A stretch of 64,000 nt of DNA from Myxococcales bacterium. GTDB taxonomy: Bacteria; Myxococcota_A; Polyangia; Polyangiales; Polyangiaceae. The notes beneath the pieces are model-generated. The model was not told where the DNA came from, searched no databases, and was given only the letters and a program-made list of their open reading frames with translations. The DNA lies in assembly GCA_043747615.1 (NCBI GenBank), contig JAYTOU010000015.1:1-64000 (forward strand), given 5' to 3'. Shown in pieces: positions 39,192 to 52,195 of the stretch (its first letter is position 1; the number at the start of each line of letters is the position of its first letter). The translations under genes were made by a program, and so were the position numbers.

Positions 39192-41654
39192 CTAACACTT
39201 GATCTTCTCGTTCGCGGGATCGTAGAGCGGCTTCATCGAAGCCATCGCCGGATACGATTTTCCCGCGATCTCGACCTCCCAGGTGCCCGACTCGAAGTAC
39301 TTCGCGTCGACCGGCTCGCCGGCCTCGACCATCATCAGCCCGACGGCGCCCCCCAACGTGTGGCCGTACGAGGCGGCGCGTATGTAGCCGACCGGCTTTC
39401 CGTTCCTCTTCACGACCTCGGCGTGGAACAGCATCGGCTCCGGATCCTTCACGAAGATTTGCACGATGCGGCGCAAGAGCGGACCCGACGCCTTCTTCGC
39501 GAGCACGGCCTCCTTGCCGAGGAAGCCGCCAGGTTTTTTTAGATCGACGGCGAAGCCGAGCCCCGCCTCGAGCACGGAATCGGTGTTGTCGATGTCGTGC
39601 CCGTAATCGCGATAACCCTTCTCCATCCGCAAGCTCGCGAGCGCCTTCAGTCCGGCGTGCTGCAGACCGACGCGCTTGCCTGCGTCGATGATCCGGTCGT
39701 AGACGTGCGTGGCCTGCTCCGCCGGTACGTAGAGCTCGTAGCCGAGCTCGCCGAGATAGGTGATTCGCACGCAGAGCGCTCGCGCAAAGCCGATGTCGAT
39801 CTCCCGCGCGGCACGAAACGGGAACGCCTCGTTCGAGAGATCTTGCGTGGTGATCGACTGCATGAGCTCCCGCGCGCGGGGCCCTTGCACGTTGATCTGG
39901 GCATGTCCGGAAGTCACATCCGTCACGAAGGCGTGCCCGCCGTCTGCTTCGATGTGGCGGCGCATCCAGGTCTCGACGTGGCGATGCGCGGTGTCGGACG
40001 CGACCACCCAGAAGCGCTCGTCGTCGAGCTTCGTCACGGTGAGGTCGGCCTGGAGCTTTCCTGATTCGTCGAGCCACTGCGTGTAGGTGATGACGCCCGA
40101 TGGTCCGTCGACGTTGTTCGCCGAGATGTGATTCAAGATCTTTCCAGCGTCGCGGCCCTGGACGAGAAACTTCGCCATGAACGACATGTCCATGAGGATC
40201 ACGCCCGACCGCGCGGCGTCGTGCTCGGCCTTCCAATACGGGAACCATTCCTGCCGACCCCAGGACAGCTTCTCCATGTCGGGCGTCGCTCCGTGGGGCG
40301 CGTACCAATCGGCGCCTTCCCACCCGCTCACGTCGCGAAAGTAAGCGCCGTGTGCAGCGAGTCGGTCGTAGATGGCCGATTTTTTCGCGCCGCGCGCGGT
40401 CATCATGGAGCGCGTCGGATAATGGCACTGGTAGACCATTCCGAGCGATTCGACTGTGCGCGTCTTTCGATATTCAGGATTGGCTTGGTAGGTGTGGAGT
40501 CGGTCGATGTTCATACCGGTGACGTCGACGTCCGGACGACCGTTGATGATCCAGTGAGCCATCACCCGGCCGAGACCGCCGCCGGTGAGGATTCCGACCG
40601 AGTTCAGACCCGCCGCGACGAAGTAATTTTTTAGCTCCGGCGCCTCGCCGACCACCGGCTGTAAGTCGGGCGTGAAGCTCTCCGGGCCACAGAAGAATTT
40701 TCGCACGCCGGTCTCCAGGCTGATCGGCACGCGGCGCATCGCCTTCTCGACGTACGGGCCCATGCGATCCCAATCGGGCGTGATCTCGCCGAACGAAAAA
40801 TCTTCGGGCACGCCGCCCACCTTCCAAGGCGCACAGATCGGCTCGAAGAGGCCAATCATCAGACCGCCGACTTCTTCGCGGAAGTAGCCGTGCGATCCCG
40901 GATCTTCGAGGACGGGGAGCGATTTGGACATGCCCGCGATCTTCTCGGTGATGAGGTAATAGTGCTCGGCGGACTGGAGCGGGATGTTGACCCCGGCCTT
41001 CGCGCCGAGCTGACGGGCCCACATGCCGGCGCAGTTCACGACGTACTCCGCTTCGATGGTGCCGTACGCCGTCTCGACGCCGGTGACTGCGCCGCGCTTG
41101 GTCGTGAAGCCCGTGGCGGCGACGCCCTCGATGATCTTCGCGCCCCGCATGCGCGCGCCCTTTGCGAGCGCCATGGTGACGCCAACCGGATCGGCGCGGC
41201 CGTCCTCCTTCACGTAAAAGCCGGCGAGGATGTCGTCGGTGCGGGCGAGCGGGAAGAGATCTTCGACCTGCTTTGCGCTGATCTCGTGAACGTCGATTCC
41301 GCAGTACCGGTTGAACGCAGAGACGCGACGGTACTCCTCGAGCCGACCCGCGTCGCAGGCCACCTCGATGAAGCCGATGGGTTGAAATCCGGTGGACTGC
41401 TCGGTCTCCGCTTCGAGCCGACTATAGAGCTCGCGTGTGTACTTGCGCATCTCGGTCGAGGTCTCGGACGTCGATCCGAACGTCACCATCAGGCCGGCCG
41501 CGTGCCAGGTGGTGCCGGAGGTGAGGCGATCCCGCTCGAGCAGGACCACGTCCTTCCACCCCATGTGAGCCAGGTGATAGGCGACGGAGCAGCCGATGAC
41601 GCCTCCGCCGACGACCACGACGCGTGCGCGCTTCGGGAGGACCGGTTCCGACAT
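39192..41654 (-). CDS. GcvT-family FAD-dependent oxidoreductase (dimethylglycine/sarcosine dehydrogenase-like)
   Basis: [41 protein letters not shown]. Confidence 0.93.
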   Translation of the reverse strand: MSEPVLPKRARVVVVGGGVIGCSVAYHLAHMGWKDVVLLERDRLTSGTTWHAAGLMVTFGSTSETSTEMRKYTRELYSRLEAETEQSTGFQPIGFIEVACDAGRLEEYRRVSAFNRYCGIDVHEISAKQVEDLFPLARTDDILAGFYVKEDGRADPVGVTMALAKGARMRGAKIIEGVAATGFTTKRGAVTGVETAYGTIEAEYVVNCAGMWARQLGAKAGVNIPLQSAEHYYLITEKIAGMSKSLPVLEDPGSHGYFREEVGGLMIGLFEPICAPWKVGGVPEDFSFGEITPDWDRMGPYVEKAMRRVPISLETGVRKFFCGPESFTPDLQPVVGEAPELKNYFVAAGLNSVGILTGGGLGRVMAHWIINGRPDVDVTGMNIDRLHTYQANPEYRKTRTVESLGMVYQCHYPTRSMMTARGAKKSAIYDRLAAHGAYFRDVSGWEGADWYAPHGATPDMEKLSWGRQEWFPYWKAEHDAARSGVILMDMSFMAKFLVQGRDAGKILNHISANNVDGPSGVITYTQWLDESGKLQADLTVTKLDDERFWVVASDTAHRHVETWMRRHIEADGGHAFVTDVTSGHAQINVQGPRARELMQSITTQDLSNEAFPFRAAREIDIGFARALCVRITYLGELGYELYVPAEQATHVYDRIIDAGKRVGLQHAGLKALASLRMEKGYRDYGHDIDNTDSVLEAGLGFAVDLKKPGGFLGKEAVLAKKASGPLLRRIVQIFVKDPEPMLFHAEVVKRNGKPVGYIRAASYGHTLGGAVGLMMVEAGEPVDAKYFESGTWEVEIAGKSYPAMASMKPLYDPANEKIKC

Positions 41655-41710
41655 GGCCGGATGATACTGCTTTTGCGGCGGAGGCGCGCGGTGGTAACTT
41701 CCCGCCGCCC

Positions 41711-42928
<1,218 letters not shown>

Positions 42929-42932
42929 TCAG

Positions 42933-43829
42933 ATGGCCATCCTCATCAACAAAGACACACGCATCGTCGTCCAGGGCATCACCGGCGGAGCTGGCTCCTT
43001 CCACGCGAAGCAGATGATCGAGTACGGCTCGAAGGTCGTCGCCGGCTGCACGCCCACCCGCGGCGGCGAAAAATTCGAAGCCACCGCCGGGGGCTCGAAG
43101 GTGATCGTTCCCGTGTTCGACACCGTCGAACAGTCCGTCAAAGAGACCGGCGCTGACACCAGCGTGATCTTCGTTCCGCCTCCCGGCGCTGCCGACGCCA
43201 TCCTCGAAGCCATCGACGCGGGCTGCAAGCTCGTGGTCTGCATCACCGAAGGCATCCCGGTGATGGACATGATCAAGGTTCGCCGCGTCCTCGAGACGAC
43301 GCCCGGCACCCGCTTGATCGGCCCGAATTGCCCGGGGATCATCACTCCGGGCGCTTGCAAGATCGGCATCATGCCCGGCCACATCCACAAGGTTGGACAC
43401 ATCGGCGTCGTGTCGCGCTCGGGCACGCTCACGTACGAAGCCGTCGGTCAGCTCACGGCGCTCGGCATCGGTCAGTCGACGTGCGTCGGTATCGGCGGCG
43501 ATCCGGTTGGCGGAATGGACTTCGTCGACGTCCTCGAGTTGTTCCAAAACGATCCCGACACGCACGGCGTAATCATGATCGGAGAGATCGGCGGCGGCGC
43601 CGAAGAGCGCGGAGCAGCCTACATCAAGGCGAAGATGAGCAAGCCCGTCGCTGCCTTCATCGCCGGGATGACAGCTCCCGAAGGAAAACGGATGGGCCAC
43701 GCCGGCGCGATCATCGCCGGAGGTCAAGGCACGGCCGCGCAGAAAATCAAAGCTCTCGAAGCCGCCGGAGCGAAGGTCGCGCCGACGCCGAGCGACATGG
43801 CGAGCACCCTCCAATCAATGATGGCCTGA
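42933..43829 (+). CDS. sucD: Succinyl-CoA synthetase alpha subunit
   Basis: [28 protein letters not shown]. Confidence 0.97.
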   Translation: MAILINKDTRIVVQGITGGAGSFHAKQMIEYGSKVVAGCTPTRGGEKFEATAGGSKVIVPVFDTVEQSVKETGADTSVIFVPPPGAADAILEAIDAGCKLVVCITEGIPVMDMIKVRRVLETTPGTRLIGPNCPGIITPGACKIGIMPGHIHKVGHIGVVSRSGTLTYEAVGQLTALGIGQSTCVGIGGDPVGGMDFVDVLELFQNDPDTHGVIMIGEIGGGAEERGAAYIKAKMSKPVAAFIAGMTAPEGKRMGHAGAIIAGGQGTAAQKIKALEAAGAKVAPTPSDMASTLQSMMA

Positions 43830-43842
43830 GGCCCGAGCTCGG

Positions 43843-44775
43843 TCAGCCTGGGCCGACGACCCGGTTTCTTCCGGCCTGCTTCGCTTGGTAGAGCCGGGCG
43901 TCGGCGATGCTGAGCAACGTGTGCTTGTCGCGCCGCTCGCCGCAGCAGACGAGGGACGACACGCCTGCGCTCGCCGTCACGACGATGCGATGGTGCTCGA
44001 ACGGAACGACCGTCTGCGATACGGCCCAGCGCAGGCGGTCTGCGAGCACGTAGCACTGACGCACGTTGATCCCGCGCGCGAGCACCACGAACTCTTCGCC
44101 GCCGTAACGCGCAAGCAGGTCTTCGGTGCGCAGGCCCGCGGCGAGCACCTTTGCGGTGGTCTTCAGGACTTCGTCACCGCCGAGGTGCCCATAGGTGTCG
44201 TTCACCTTCTTGAAGAAATCCACGTCGAACATGATCGCGGAGATCTCGGTCTGGTGCCGCACCGCAAAGGCGATCTCGGACTCCAGGCGCTCATCGAGGT
44301 ACTTGCGGTTGAAGACGCGCGTGAGACCGTCGAAGAGCGCGGCCTCGTACATCTTCTTCAGAGCGAGCTCTTCGTTTTCGTCGACCAGCGAGAAACGAAG
44401 CAGGCAATTCGGGCCGAGCCGCACGCGGTCCCCGTCGTTGAGCGCCACCGGCGAGCCCACCCGGACTTCGTTGACGAAGCTTCCGTTCGTGGATTTGTTG
44501 TCGTTGAGCATGTAAACGCCGCCGATGAGGACGATGCGGGCGTGGATCATGGAGATGCTGGCGTCGTCGAATTTGAACGTGCAGTTGTCGCCGCGGCCGA
44601 CCGTCACCACTTCGCGCGCGGGTATGGCGAAGACGCGCCCCGTGTCCGGACCCGTGGAGATCGTGAGCACGGCCCGCGTTCGATCCGTGGCCATCTCCTG
44701 CGACGCGACGACCAGCGTCTTCGAACGCAAGTGATCCGAGGATTCGGGATCGTTGTCGTCAGAAAAATCAGGCAT
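43843..44775 (-). CDS. FHA-domain diguanylate cyclase
   Basis: FHA (VGR..S..H..STNG); DGLT, FKKVND, RTED I-site, GGEEF. Confidence 0.92.
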   Translation of the reverse strand: MPDFSDDNDPESSDHLRSKTLVVASQEMATDRTRAVLTISTGPDTGRVFAIPAREVVTVGRGDNCTFKFDDASISMIHARIVLIGGVYMLNDNKSTNGSFVNEVRVGSPVALNDGDRVRLGPNCLLRFSLVDENEELALKKMYEAALFDGLTRVFNRKYLDERLESEIAFAVRHQTEISAIMFDVDFFKKVNDTYGHLGGDEVLKTTAKVLAAGLRTEDLLARYGGEEFVVLARGINVRQCYVLADRLRWAVSQTVVPFEHHRIVVTASAGVSSLVCCGERRDKHTLLSIADARLYQAKQAGRNRVVGPG

Positions 44776-44817
44776 CGTGCCTCAGGATCCGGCAAACGCG
44801 GCGGGCTTGTAAAGCCA

Positions 44818-46392
44818 TTACGATTTACCCATGTCTTTGAGCACGCGCATGGCCGCATTGTGGCCCGCCGCGCCGATCACGGCTCCGGCCGGATGGCACG
44901 CCGCGCTCGCCGAATAAAGGCCCTGGAGCGGAGTGGCGTAAGGGACGCGGTCTGCGAATCCGAAGGAGTTGTCCACGTGGTGGATGTGCCCGCGGGTGAT
45001 GCCGAAGTGCTCTTCGATCTTTTGCGGATGAAGCGCGAAAGCGTCGACCACCAGGTCGGACGTCCCCGGGGCGAATCTGTCGCAGATGGCGAGGAGCTTC
45101 TTCACGTAGCCCGCCTCTTCTTTTTCCCACGTCGTCCCTTTGAGCTCGTACGGCACCGACTGCACGAACAGCGCTGAGCTGTGGTTGCCCGCGTCGTCCT
45201 GGAGCGAAGGGTCGACCGCCGTGTGGATGTACCACTCGATGCTCGGGAACTCGGGGAGCGCGCCCTGCTCGACCGCCGTCCAGGATTCGCGGAGCGTTCG
45301 GATGACGTCTTTTTCGTTGGGCAAGAGATGGATCGTCGGACCGAAGCCCGTGGCGCCCGGTCGCCCCGCAGGCTGCCCGCGATCGTCGGGTAGGCAGGTG
45401 AACTTCGGAAGCCCTTTCAGGGCCAAATTCACCTTCATCGTCGTGCCGTCGCGCCGGTAGTTGTCGAGGCGCTTGTTGTAATCTGCAGGTAATCCGTCGG
45501 CCCCCACGAGATCGCGCATCCGGAACGGATCGGCGTTGCACACCACGACGTCGGCGCGGATCTCGGTGCCGTCTTTGAGAATGACGCCCTTCGTGATGCT
45601 CCCTTCGCGGACGATCTTCTTGACCCCCCGCCCGATCTCGATCGACGCCCCCTCTTTTTTCGCCTGCTCGGCGATGCGGTCGGAGACGGTGCCCATCCCG
45701 CCCTTCACCACCATCCACGTCCCGTCGGAGTCCGGGAGGCGGCACATGTTGTGGATGAGAAAATTCATCCCGGTGCCGGGCGAATCCCAGCCGCCGTAGA
45801 GGCCCGAGAAGCCGTCGGTCACCACGTACATCGCTTTGACGAGATCGCTCTTGAATCCGAAGCGCGAGATGTACGTGCTCGCGGGCTTCTTGCAGAGCTC
45901 GATGAACGCCGTACGGAGCGCCGGGCGCACGTACTTTTCAGCCGTGTCGTGGATGGAGAGCGGCGCCTCCATCCAGGTGGGCGCGATGTCTTCGCGAAGC
46001 TTCGCGATCTCCGCCTGCATGGCCTCGTTGGCTTTCCAGTCCGCCTCCGAGAAAAAAGAGACGAACTGCTCGCGCATCTGCGCCTTGTCCGAGCCGAAGA
46101 GGAGGTAGCCCTTTCCAGTAGTCGGCAAAAAGTAATGCGGGTCACGCTTTAGAACGGGAATGTCGACGCCGAGCTTGGCAATGAGCTCCGGCGGCATCAG
46201 CCCGAGCAGGTACGACCCGGTCGACGCCGCGAGGTTCGGTGCGCGCTTGAATGGCTTCTCCGTGCGTGTGGCGCCGCCCATCACGGGCTTCTCTTCGTAG
46301 ACGCGGACGGAGAGACCCGCGCGGGCGAGCAAGAGAGCCGCGACGAGGCCGTTGTGCCCTGTCCCAATCACGACGGCGTCGCATCGATCCAT
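44818..46392 (-). CDS. Phytoene-dehydrogenase-like FAD oxidoreductase (PYROXD2-like)
   Basis: GTGHNGLVAA, VKGGMG, GHIHH, GAAGHNAA. Confidence 0.85.
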   Translation of the reverse strand: MDRCDAVVIGTGHNGLVAALLLARAGLSVRVYEEKPVMGGATRTEKPFKRAPNLAASTGSYLLGLMPPELIAKLGVDIPVLKRDPHYFLPTTGKGYLLFGSDKAQMREQFVSFFSEADWKANEAMQAEIAKLREDIAPTWMEAPLSIHDTAEKYVRPALRTAFIELCKKPASTYISRFGFKSDLVKAMYVVTDGFSGLYGGWDSPGTGMNFLIHNMCRLPDSDGTWMVVKGGMGTVSDRIAEQAKKEGASIEIGRGVKKIVREGSITKGVILKDGTEIRADVVVCNADPFRMRDLVGADGLPADYNKRLDNYRRDGTTMKVNLALKGLPKFTCLPDDRGQPAGRPGATGFGPTIHLLPNEKDVIRTLRESWTAVEQGALPEFPSIEWYIHTAVDPSLQDDAGNHSSALFVQSVPYELKGTTWEKEEAGYVKKLLAICDRFAPGTSDLVVDAFALHPQKIEEHFGITRGHIHHVDNSFGFADRVPYATPLQGLYSASAACHPAGAVIGAAGHNAAMRVLKDMGKS

Positions 46393-46445
46393 GGGGCGCG
46401 AGGGTAGTTGCATTATTTCGTCTTGTCCCCTAAAAGCCCCATCAA

Positions 46446-46865
46446 ATGGCTACCCAGCGCACGCTTTCGATCGTCAAACCAGATGCAGTCGAGAAGAACC
46501 ACACTGGCGCGATCCTCGCGCTCCTTGAAAAAGAGGGATTCCGCATCGTGGCTCTGCGCCGCACGCACCTTTCTCTCTCCGTCGCCCAGGGCTTTTACGC
46601 CGTCCACAAGGAGCGCGGATTTTTTGGCGAGCTCGTCCAGTTCATGACCCGCTCTCCCGTGGTGATCGCCGTCCTCGAAAAAGACGACGCCGTCGCCGCG
46701 TACCGAAAAGTCATGGGCGCGACCGATCCGGCAAAGGCCGACGCGGGCACGATCCGCAAGCTCTTCGGAGCGAACGTGGGCGAAAACGCCACGCACGGCT
46801 CGGACTCTGCCGAAAACGCGAACACCGAGATCGCGTACTTCTTCGCCGCCTCCGAAATCGCGTGA
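46446..46865 (+). CDS. ndk: Nucleoside diphosphate kinase
   Basis: [21 protein letters not shown]. Confidence 0.97.
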   Translation: MATQRTLSIVKPDAVEKNHTGAILALLEKEGFRIVALRRTHLSLSVAQGFYAVHKERGFFGELVQFMTRSPVVIAVLEKDDAVAAYRKVMGATDPAKADAGTIRKLFGANVGENATHGSDSAENANTEIAYFFAASEIA

Positions 46866-47695
46866 CCATAGAAGTCGGTCTCCGGCCGCTCATCGAGGCG
46901 GCGTTCAAGGAGCGTGGTCTCCTCGAGCGCGCCGCACATCGAACTGCAGTCGGCGAGACCATCGCAGCTCTCGATCGCGGAGAGCTTCGGGTCGCTTCTC
47001 CGCCGACCAATCCGGACGACGACTGGACGACGCACGCTTGGATCAAGGAGGCCATTCTTCTCTACTTCGCCATGCAAAAGATGGAGAAGCTCGAGGTTGG
47101 CCCCTTCGAATTCCACGATAAAATCCCTCTCAAACACGGTCTCGACAAGGCCGGCGCACGCGTGGTTCCCCCCGGCACCGTGCGCTATGGTGCCTTTCTC
47201 GGCGCGGGCTCGATCGTCATGCCCGGATACGTCAACATCGGCGCCTACGTTGGCGAGCGAACGATGGTCGACACCTGGGCAACGGTGGGATCGTGCGCGC
47301 AGGTCGGGAAGGATTGCCACCTCGCCGGCGGCGTCGGCATCGGCGGCGTCCTCGAGCCCGCGTCTGCACGCCCGGTGATCATCGAAGACGGCGTCTTCGT
47401 CGGCTCGCGCGCGGTCGTCGTGGAAGGCGTGCGCGTGGGGAGAGAAGCGGTCATCGGAGCCGGCGTGGTGCTGACCGCCTCGACCGTCATCCTCGACGTC
47501 TCTGGATCCGAGGTCGTCGAGCGCCGCGGGAGCATCCCACCGCGAAGCGTGGTCATCCCTGGCTCGCGCACCAAGCGCTTCCCCGCCGGCGATTTCGCGG
47601 TACCTTGTGCGCTCATCATCGGGCAGCGAACCGAGAGCACCGACCGAAAAGTGAGCCTCAATGACGCCCTCCGCGCCTTCAACGTTCCCGTTTAA
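46862..47695 (+). CDS. dapD: Tetrahydrodipicolinate N-succinyltransferase
   Basis: [30 protein letters not shown]. Confidence 0.95.
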   Translation: MTIEVGLRPLIEAAFKERGLLERAAHRTAVGETIAALDRGELRVASPPTNPDDDWTTHAWIKEAILLYFAMQKMEKLEVGPFEFHDKIPLKHGLDKAGARVVPPGTVRYGAFLGAGSIVMPGYVNIGAYVGERTMVDTWATVGSCAQVGKDCHLAGGVGIGGVLEPASARPVIIEDGVFVGSRAVVVEGVRVGREAVIGAGVVLTASTVILDVSGSEVVERRGSIPPRSVVIPGSRTKRFPAGDFAVPCALIIGQRTESTDRKVSLNDALRAFNVPV

Positions 47696-48785
47696 TCTGC
47701 ACGAAAGCGCGCTCGACGAAACGCTCCTGTGGCTGTGCGCGATCCCTTCGCCGATCGGCGAGGAAGAGGCCATCTGTGACGCCGTCGAAGCTCGGATGGC
47801 GAAGCTGCCGCTCGCCGCGCCCATTCGCCGGTACGGCAACTCTCTCGTCGTCCCGGTGACTCGCGGCGACGGCTTGCCGCGCATCGCGCTCGTCGGTCAC
47901 CTCGACACGGTGCGCACCGAAAATGGCCCCGCCCGCATCGCCGATGGTCGCTGCTACGGAGCAGGCGCGAGCGACATGAAGAGCGGCCTCGCGGTGATGA
48001 TCTGCGTCGCCGAGCTCCTCAGCACAGTACTCACGTGCGCGCTCACGCTGGTCTTCTACGCCAAGGAAGAAGGCCCTTTTTCGGAGAACGAGCTCGGCGT
48101 GGTCCTCGCCGAAGATCCCGAGCTCGCGCACGTGGATCTCGCGGTGTGCCTCGAGCCGTCGAACAATCTATTGCATGTAGGCTGCACGGGATCGATCCAT
48201 GCGACGGTCACCGTCCAAGGTCGCACGTCGCACAGCGCGCGGCCTTGGGAGGGGCAAAACGCGATCACGCGTGCAGCCCCGCTCCTCGCGAAGCTCGGGG
48301 CAATGAAAGCCGAGGAGCACGTGATCGAAGGCCACATCTACAGAAGCGTCTTCACGGTCACCCAGGCGAAGGACGGCGGGCGCGGGCGAAACGTCGTCCC
48401 TGATCGCTTCGTCCTCAACCTGAACCACCGCTTTGCACCGGACACCACGCTCGACGAGGCGACGCTCACGCTTCGGTCGGTCGTAGGCGACGCAGGTACG
48501 ATCGAAATCACCGATCTCAGCCCCCCCGCCATGCCCAACGCCGGGAACCCTCTCGTCCGCGCCCTCATCGCCGCCGGCGTGAAGGGGGTCGAGCCGAAAC
48601 AGGCGTGGACCGACGTGGCCCGATTTGCCCAAAAAGGCATCAGCGCGGTCAACTTTGGGCCAGGCGAAAATGCCCAGGCGCACCAGAAAAATGAGTCCAC
48701 CGCGCTGGCGTTAGTCCACGAAGGTTTCGCAATCATCAAACGTTGGTTGACTTCGCTCGGCTCAAGCGCGATTCCGGGGGGATGA
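47661..48785 (+). CDS. dapE: Succinyl-diaminopimelate desuccinylase (actinobacterial-type M20)
   Basis: GHLDTV, SDMKSG, EE, HSARPW, WTDVARF, NFGPG..AH; follows dapD. Confidence 0.88.
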   Translation: MTPSAPSTFPFNLHESALDETLLWLCAIPSPIGEEEAICDAVEARMAKLPLAAPIRRYGNSLVVPVTRGDGLPRIALVGHLDTVRTENGPARIADGRCYGAGASDMKSGLAVMICVAELLSTVLTCALTLVFYAKEEGPFSENELGVVLAEDPELAHVDLAVCLEPSNNLLHVGCTGSIHATVTVQGRTSHSARPWEGQNAITRAAPLLAKLGAMKAEEHVIEGHIYRSVFTVTQAKDGGRGRNVVPDRFVLNLNHRFAPDTTLDEATLTLRSVVGDAGTIEITDLSPPAMPNAGNPLVRALIAAGVKGVEPKQAWTDVARFAQKGISAVNFGPGENAQAHQKNESTALALVHEGFAIIKRWLTSLGSSAIPGG

Positions 48786-49294
48786 AGGTCCATCGCCTTA
48801 CCCTCGCTCTCCTCGCTCTCCTCGCCCTCGGTGCTTGCAAGAAAAAGCCGCCGGAGGTCGCCGATGCTGGGGAGTCCGCTGCGGTTGCCGACACACCGGA
48901 TGCGAACGCTGCCGATCCCGTGACCACCAACGGCGCGAACGTGGCCCGCTTCGGCGACGAAGTTAAGATCGACAAAGTCGTGGCGGTCGTCCTCTCGAAC
49001 AATGCGCAGGTCCGCGAGGATCCGGCCGGCGGAAAGCTCTTTGCCACGATTCCCAAGGGCGCAAGCGTCACCCAGCTCGCCGAGCACGAAGGTCACATCC
49101 TCGTGGTCTTCGACAACCCGAAGGCGCCTAGCGAAAAGCTCAGTGGCTGGGTCGGCAAAGACATCTTCACCGCGAGCGCCGTGCACGCGGCTCCGAAAGG
49201 CGACGGCGGAGCGGCCGCAGGGGATGGCGGAGCCGCGAAGGCCGCGGGCGACGCGGGGGCCAAGGGCGGGCTGAAGACCGGGATCACGAGGTAG
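48782..49294 (+). CDS. Lipoprotein with probable SH3b-like domain
   Basis: LGAC lipobox; AQVREDP..IPKG..GWV; ATGA coupling to dapE. Confidence 0.7.
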   Translation: MKVHRLTLALLALLALGACKKKPPEVADAGESAAVADTPDANAADPVTTNGANVARFGDEVKIDKVVAVVLSNNAQVREDPAGGKLFATIPKGASVTQLAEHEGHILVVFDNPKAPSEKLSGWVGKDIFTASAVHAAPKGDGGAAAGDGGAAKAAGDAGAKGGLKTGITR

Positions 49295-49348
49295 TCGCCA
49301 GATGGTTGCCACGCGACACAGGCTTCCGAAGGTCGCTTAAAGTCCACG

Positions 49349-50710
49349 ATGGCCAAGGCGATCACGCAGTACAGCTGCCAGGCCTGCGGAGCTCTTTTTC
49401 CGAAGTGGGTAGGGCGCTGCTCGGGCTGCAGCGCGTGGAACACGCTCGTCGAAGAATCGGTGCAGAAGAAAGCAGGCGGCGGCCGTGTCACGAGCAGCAT
49501 CGCCGCCCGCGCCGTTCCGGTGAGCGAGATCGACGTCGATCACGCGGCTCGTATTCCCACGGGGATCGCCGAGCTCGATCGGGTCCTTGGTGGTGGCGCG
49601 GTCCTCGGCGGCGTGACCCTCGTGGGCGGCGATCCGGGCGTAGGGAAATCGACGCTGCTCATGCAGGCGCTGGCCGGCCTCGCCGCAAAGGGTTGTCGCT
49701 CGCTCTACGTGTCGGGCGAAGAGAGCGCTTCCCAGACCGCGTCACGCGCGCGCAGACTCGGCGCGATGACCGAAGACCTCCTGGTCCTCGCGGAGAACGA
49801 CCTCGAGATCATCGAGCGCATCGTGGCCGAGGTAAAGCCGACGGCGCTCGTGATCGACAGCGTCCAGACCGTGCGCTCGCCTTCGCTCGAGAGCGCGGCG
49901 GGAACGGTGAGTCAGCTCCGCGAAGTCGCGTCGCGCATCGTCGAGCTCTCCAAGCGTGAGCGGATCGCCACGTTCCTCATCGGCCACGTCACGAAGGACG
50001 GCTCGCTCGCGGGGCCGAAGGTCCTCGAGCACCTCGTCGACACCGTCCTCGCGTTCGAAGGGGAGCGCGGGCATGCGTTTCGTGCGCTTCGCACTCAGAA
50101 AAATCGCTTCGGCAGCGCGACGGAAGTGGGCGTCTTCGAGATGACCTCCGAGGGCATGCGCGAGGTGCCGAATGCGAGCGCATTTTTTCTGGCGGAGCGC
50201 CCCAAGGGGGTGTCCGGGAGCATCGTTGCGGCGACGAGTGAGGGCTCGCGCTCGATGCTCGTCGAGGTGCAAGCGCTGGTCGGTCCGCTCTCGCTCGGCT
50301 CGCCGCGGCGCACCGCAAACGGAGTCGACGGGGCACGTCTGGCGATGATCCTCGCCGTGCTCGAGCGCAAGGTCGGCCTCGCGGTTGCGGGCTCCGACGT
50401 CTTCGTCAACATCGCCGGCGGCGTACGCGTCGACGAGCCCGCGCTCGATCTCCCGGTCGCGCTCTCCGTCGCGTCGAGCTTGCGCGATCGTCCCATCGGC
50501 GCCGACGTCGTGGCCTTCGGAGAAATCGGCTTGGCCGGAGAAGTACGGGGCGTCGCCCGGGCCCAGCCGCGCCTCGCAGAAGCCGCCGCCATGGGATTCA
50601 AGCGCGCTATAGTTCCGGCGAGCGTCCAAGAGCAGGCTGAGCTGCGCGCGCTGGGAATCGAAGTCATCGGCGTTCGCACGCTCGAAGAGGCGCTGGCCGC
50701 GCTGTCCTAA
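49349..50710 (+). CDS. radA: DNA repair protein RadA/Sms
   Basis: CQAC..CSGC Zn finger, GDPGVGKS, KNRFG. Confidence 0.97.
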   Translation: MAKAITQYSCQACGALFPKWVGRCSGCSAWNTLVEESVQKKAGGGRVTSSIAARAVPVSEIDVDHAARIPTGIAELDRVLGGGAVLGGVTLVGGDPGVGKSTLLMQALAGLAAKGCRSLYVSGEESASQTASRARRLGAMTEDLLVLAENDLEIIERIVAEVKPTALVIDSVQTVRSPSLESAAGTVSQLREVASRIVELSKRERIATFLIGHVTKDGSLAGPKVLEHLVDTVLAFEGERGHAFRALRTQKNRFGSATEVGVFEMTSEGMREVPNASAFFLAERPKGVSGSIVAATSEGSRSMLVEVQALVGPLSLGSPRRTANGVDGARLAMILAVLERKVGLAVAGSDVFVNIAGGVRVDEPALDLPVALSVASSLRDRPIGADVVAFGEIGLAGEVRGVARAQPRLAEAAAMGFKRAIVPASVQEQAELRALGIEVIGVRTLEEALAALS

Positions 50711-50731
50711 CAAGTGGTAGAAAAGACACCC

Positions 50732-51304
50732 ATGAAAACCCTCGTTATTGTGAAGCCCGCGCGGCGTGTCAGCGCGTTGATGTGTGCGTCCCTTGTTCTT
50801 GCGGCTTGCGGCGGCGCTGGCGCCAGCGGAGCCGCCGGTAAAGGCCCCGACAGTCCTGCGAGCGAAGGCGGCGGACACCCCCTCGTCGGCAGCCCTGCGC
50901 CCGACTTTAAAGCGGACTCGCTCAACGGTCAGGGAAAAATTTCCGTGAAGGGCATGGAAGGAAAAGTGGTCATCGTCGACTTCTGGGCAACGTGGTGTGA
51001 GCCCTGCAAGAAGTCCTTCCCCAAGCTTCAAGAGCTCAACGTCAAGTACAAGGCGAGCGGCTTGGAGATCGTTGGGATTTCCGAGGACGACGAGAAGGGC
51101 GGCATTGCCGACTTCGGCAGCACGTACGGCTCCAAGTTCCCTCTCGGTTGGGACGACGGCAAGAGCATCGCTGGAAAATGGCAGCCCAAGAGCATGCCCG
51201 CGTCGTTCATCGTCGACCGCAAAGGCATCGTGCGCTTTGCGCATCTCGGCTATCATGACGGTGACGAGGTCACGATCGAGAAGGAAGTCAAAAGCCTTCT
51301 CTAG
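50732..51304 (+). CDS. TlpA-like thiol:disulfide oxidoreductase lipoprotein
   Basis: LAAC lipobox, APDF, FWATWCEPC. Confidence 0.9.
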   Translation: MKTLVIVKPARRVSALMCASLVLAACGGAGASGAAGKGPDSPASEGGGHPLVGSPAPDFKADSLNGQGKISVKGMEGKVVIVDFWATWCEPCKKSFPKLQELNVKYKASGLEIVGISEDDEKGGIADFGSTYGSKFPLGWDDGKSIAGKWQPKSMPASFIVDRKGIVRFAHLGYHDGDEVTIEKEVKSLL

Positions 51305-51336
51305 AGTAGCCGCGCCCGAACGAGATCTGAGGGCTA

Positions 51337-52167
51337 TTGATCCGAGGTCGACACATCGTTCTTTGCCTCGCGTTCCTTTGTGCGAGTGGGGGCCTCGAAG
51401 GAATTTCCGTAGCGCAAGACCTGAACGCCGCACGCCACGACATCGAGGGCGCGGACGACTTCCGGCTGCGTATGGCCGCGGCCCTTGCGCTCGGAAGAGC
51501 AAAGCCGTCGGACGCGCGCGTGCTGCTCGAGAAGGCGCTCTCCGATCCGCATCCCGCGGTACGTACGGCGGCGGCTGCGTCTCTCACCGCGCTTCACGAT
51601 CCGGCGGCCATCCCCGCGCTCGAACGCCACCTCGCGGGGGAGGGGTCGGCGAGCGTCAAATCGCAAATGAAGTCGAGCATCGATTCGCTGCGCGGGGGAG
51701 AGGCTGCGGCGCACGCGCCCACCGCGAAGTATCTGGTGCAGCTAGGGGCAATGAAGAACCTGACGAGCGTGCGCGGGGAGCAGCTCGGGCAGGTCCTTCG
51801 AACGGCCGCTCGGGAACGCGCGGCATCGATTCCAGGAGCGCTCCTCAGCGATGACGCTGCAGCCGCAAAGCTCGCGGGCGTCCCCACGCTCCTCCTCGAT
51901 GGCTCCGTTCTGCAGCTCTCGCAGACCCGCGCGAACGGGAACGTAACGTTCTCCGCCCAGGTTGAGTTCAGCGTCCGCAAGGTGCCCGAGCACACGCTCC
52001 GCGCAACGCTCACCGGAGCGGCCACGACGCTCGGCACCCAGGTATCGCTCAACGGTCACCAGGACAAGGTCAGCGCCCTCCAGGATCAAGCCGTCGACGG
52101 CGCAGTACAAAGCGCGATGCGCGGTGCCAGCTCGGGCCTCACCGCCGCACTGAGCTCGGCGCGATAA
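51337..52167 (+). CDS. Secreted HEAT-repeat protein
   Basis: Signal peptide; RMAAALALG, LSDPHPAVRTAAA. Confidence 0.75.
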   Translation: MIRGRHIVLCLAFLCASGGLEGISVAQDLNAARHDIEGADDFRLRMAAALALGRAKPSDARVLLEKALSDPHPAVRTAAAASLTALHDPAAIPALERHLAGEGSASVKSQMKSSIDSLRGGEAAAHAPTAKYLVQLGAMKNLTSVRGEQLGQVLRTAARERAASIPGALLSDDAAAAKLAGVPTLLLDGSVLQLSQTRANGNVTFSAQVEFSVRKVPEHTLRATLTGAATTLGTQVSLNGHQDKVSALQDQAVDGAVQSAMRGASSGLTAALSSAR

Positions 52168-52195
52168 CCCCTCGGCACGTCACCACGCTCGTCCA

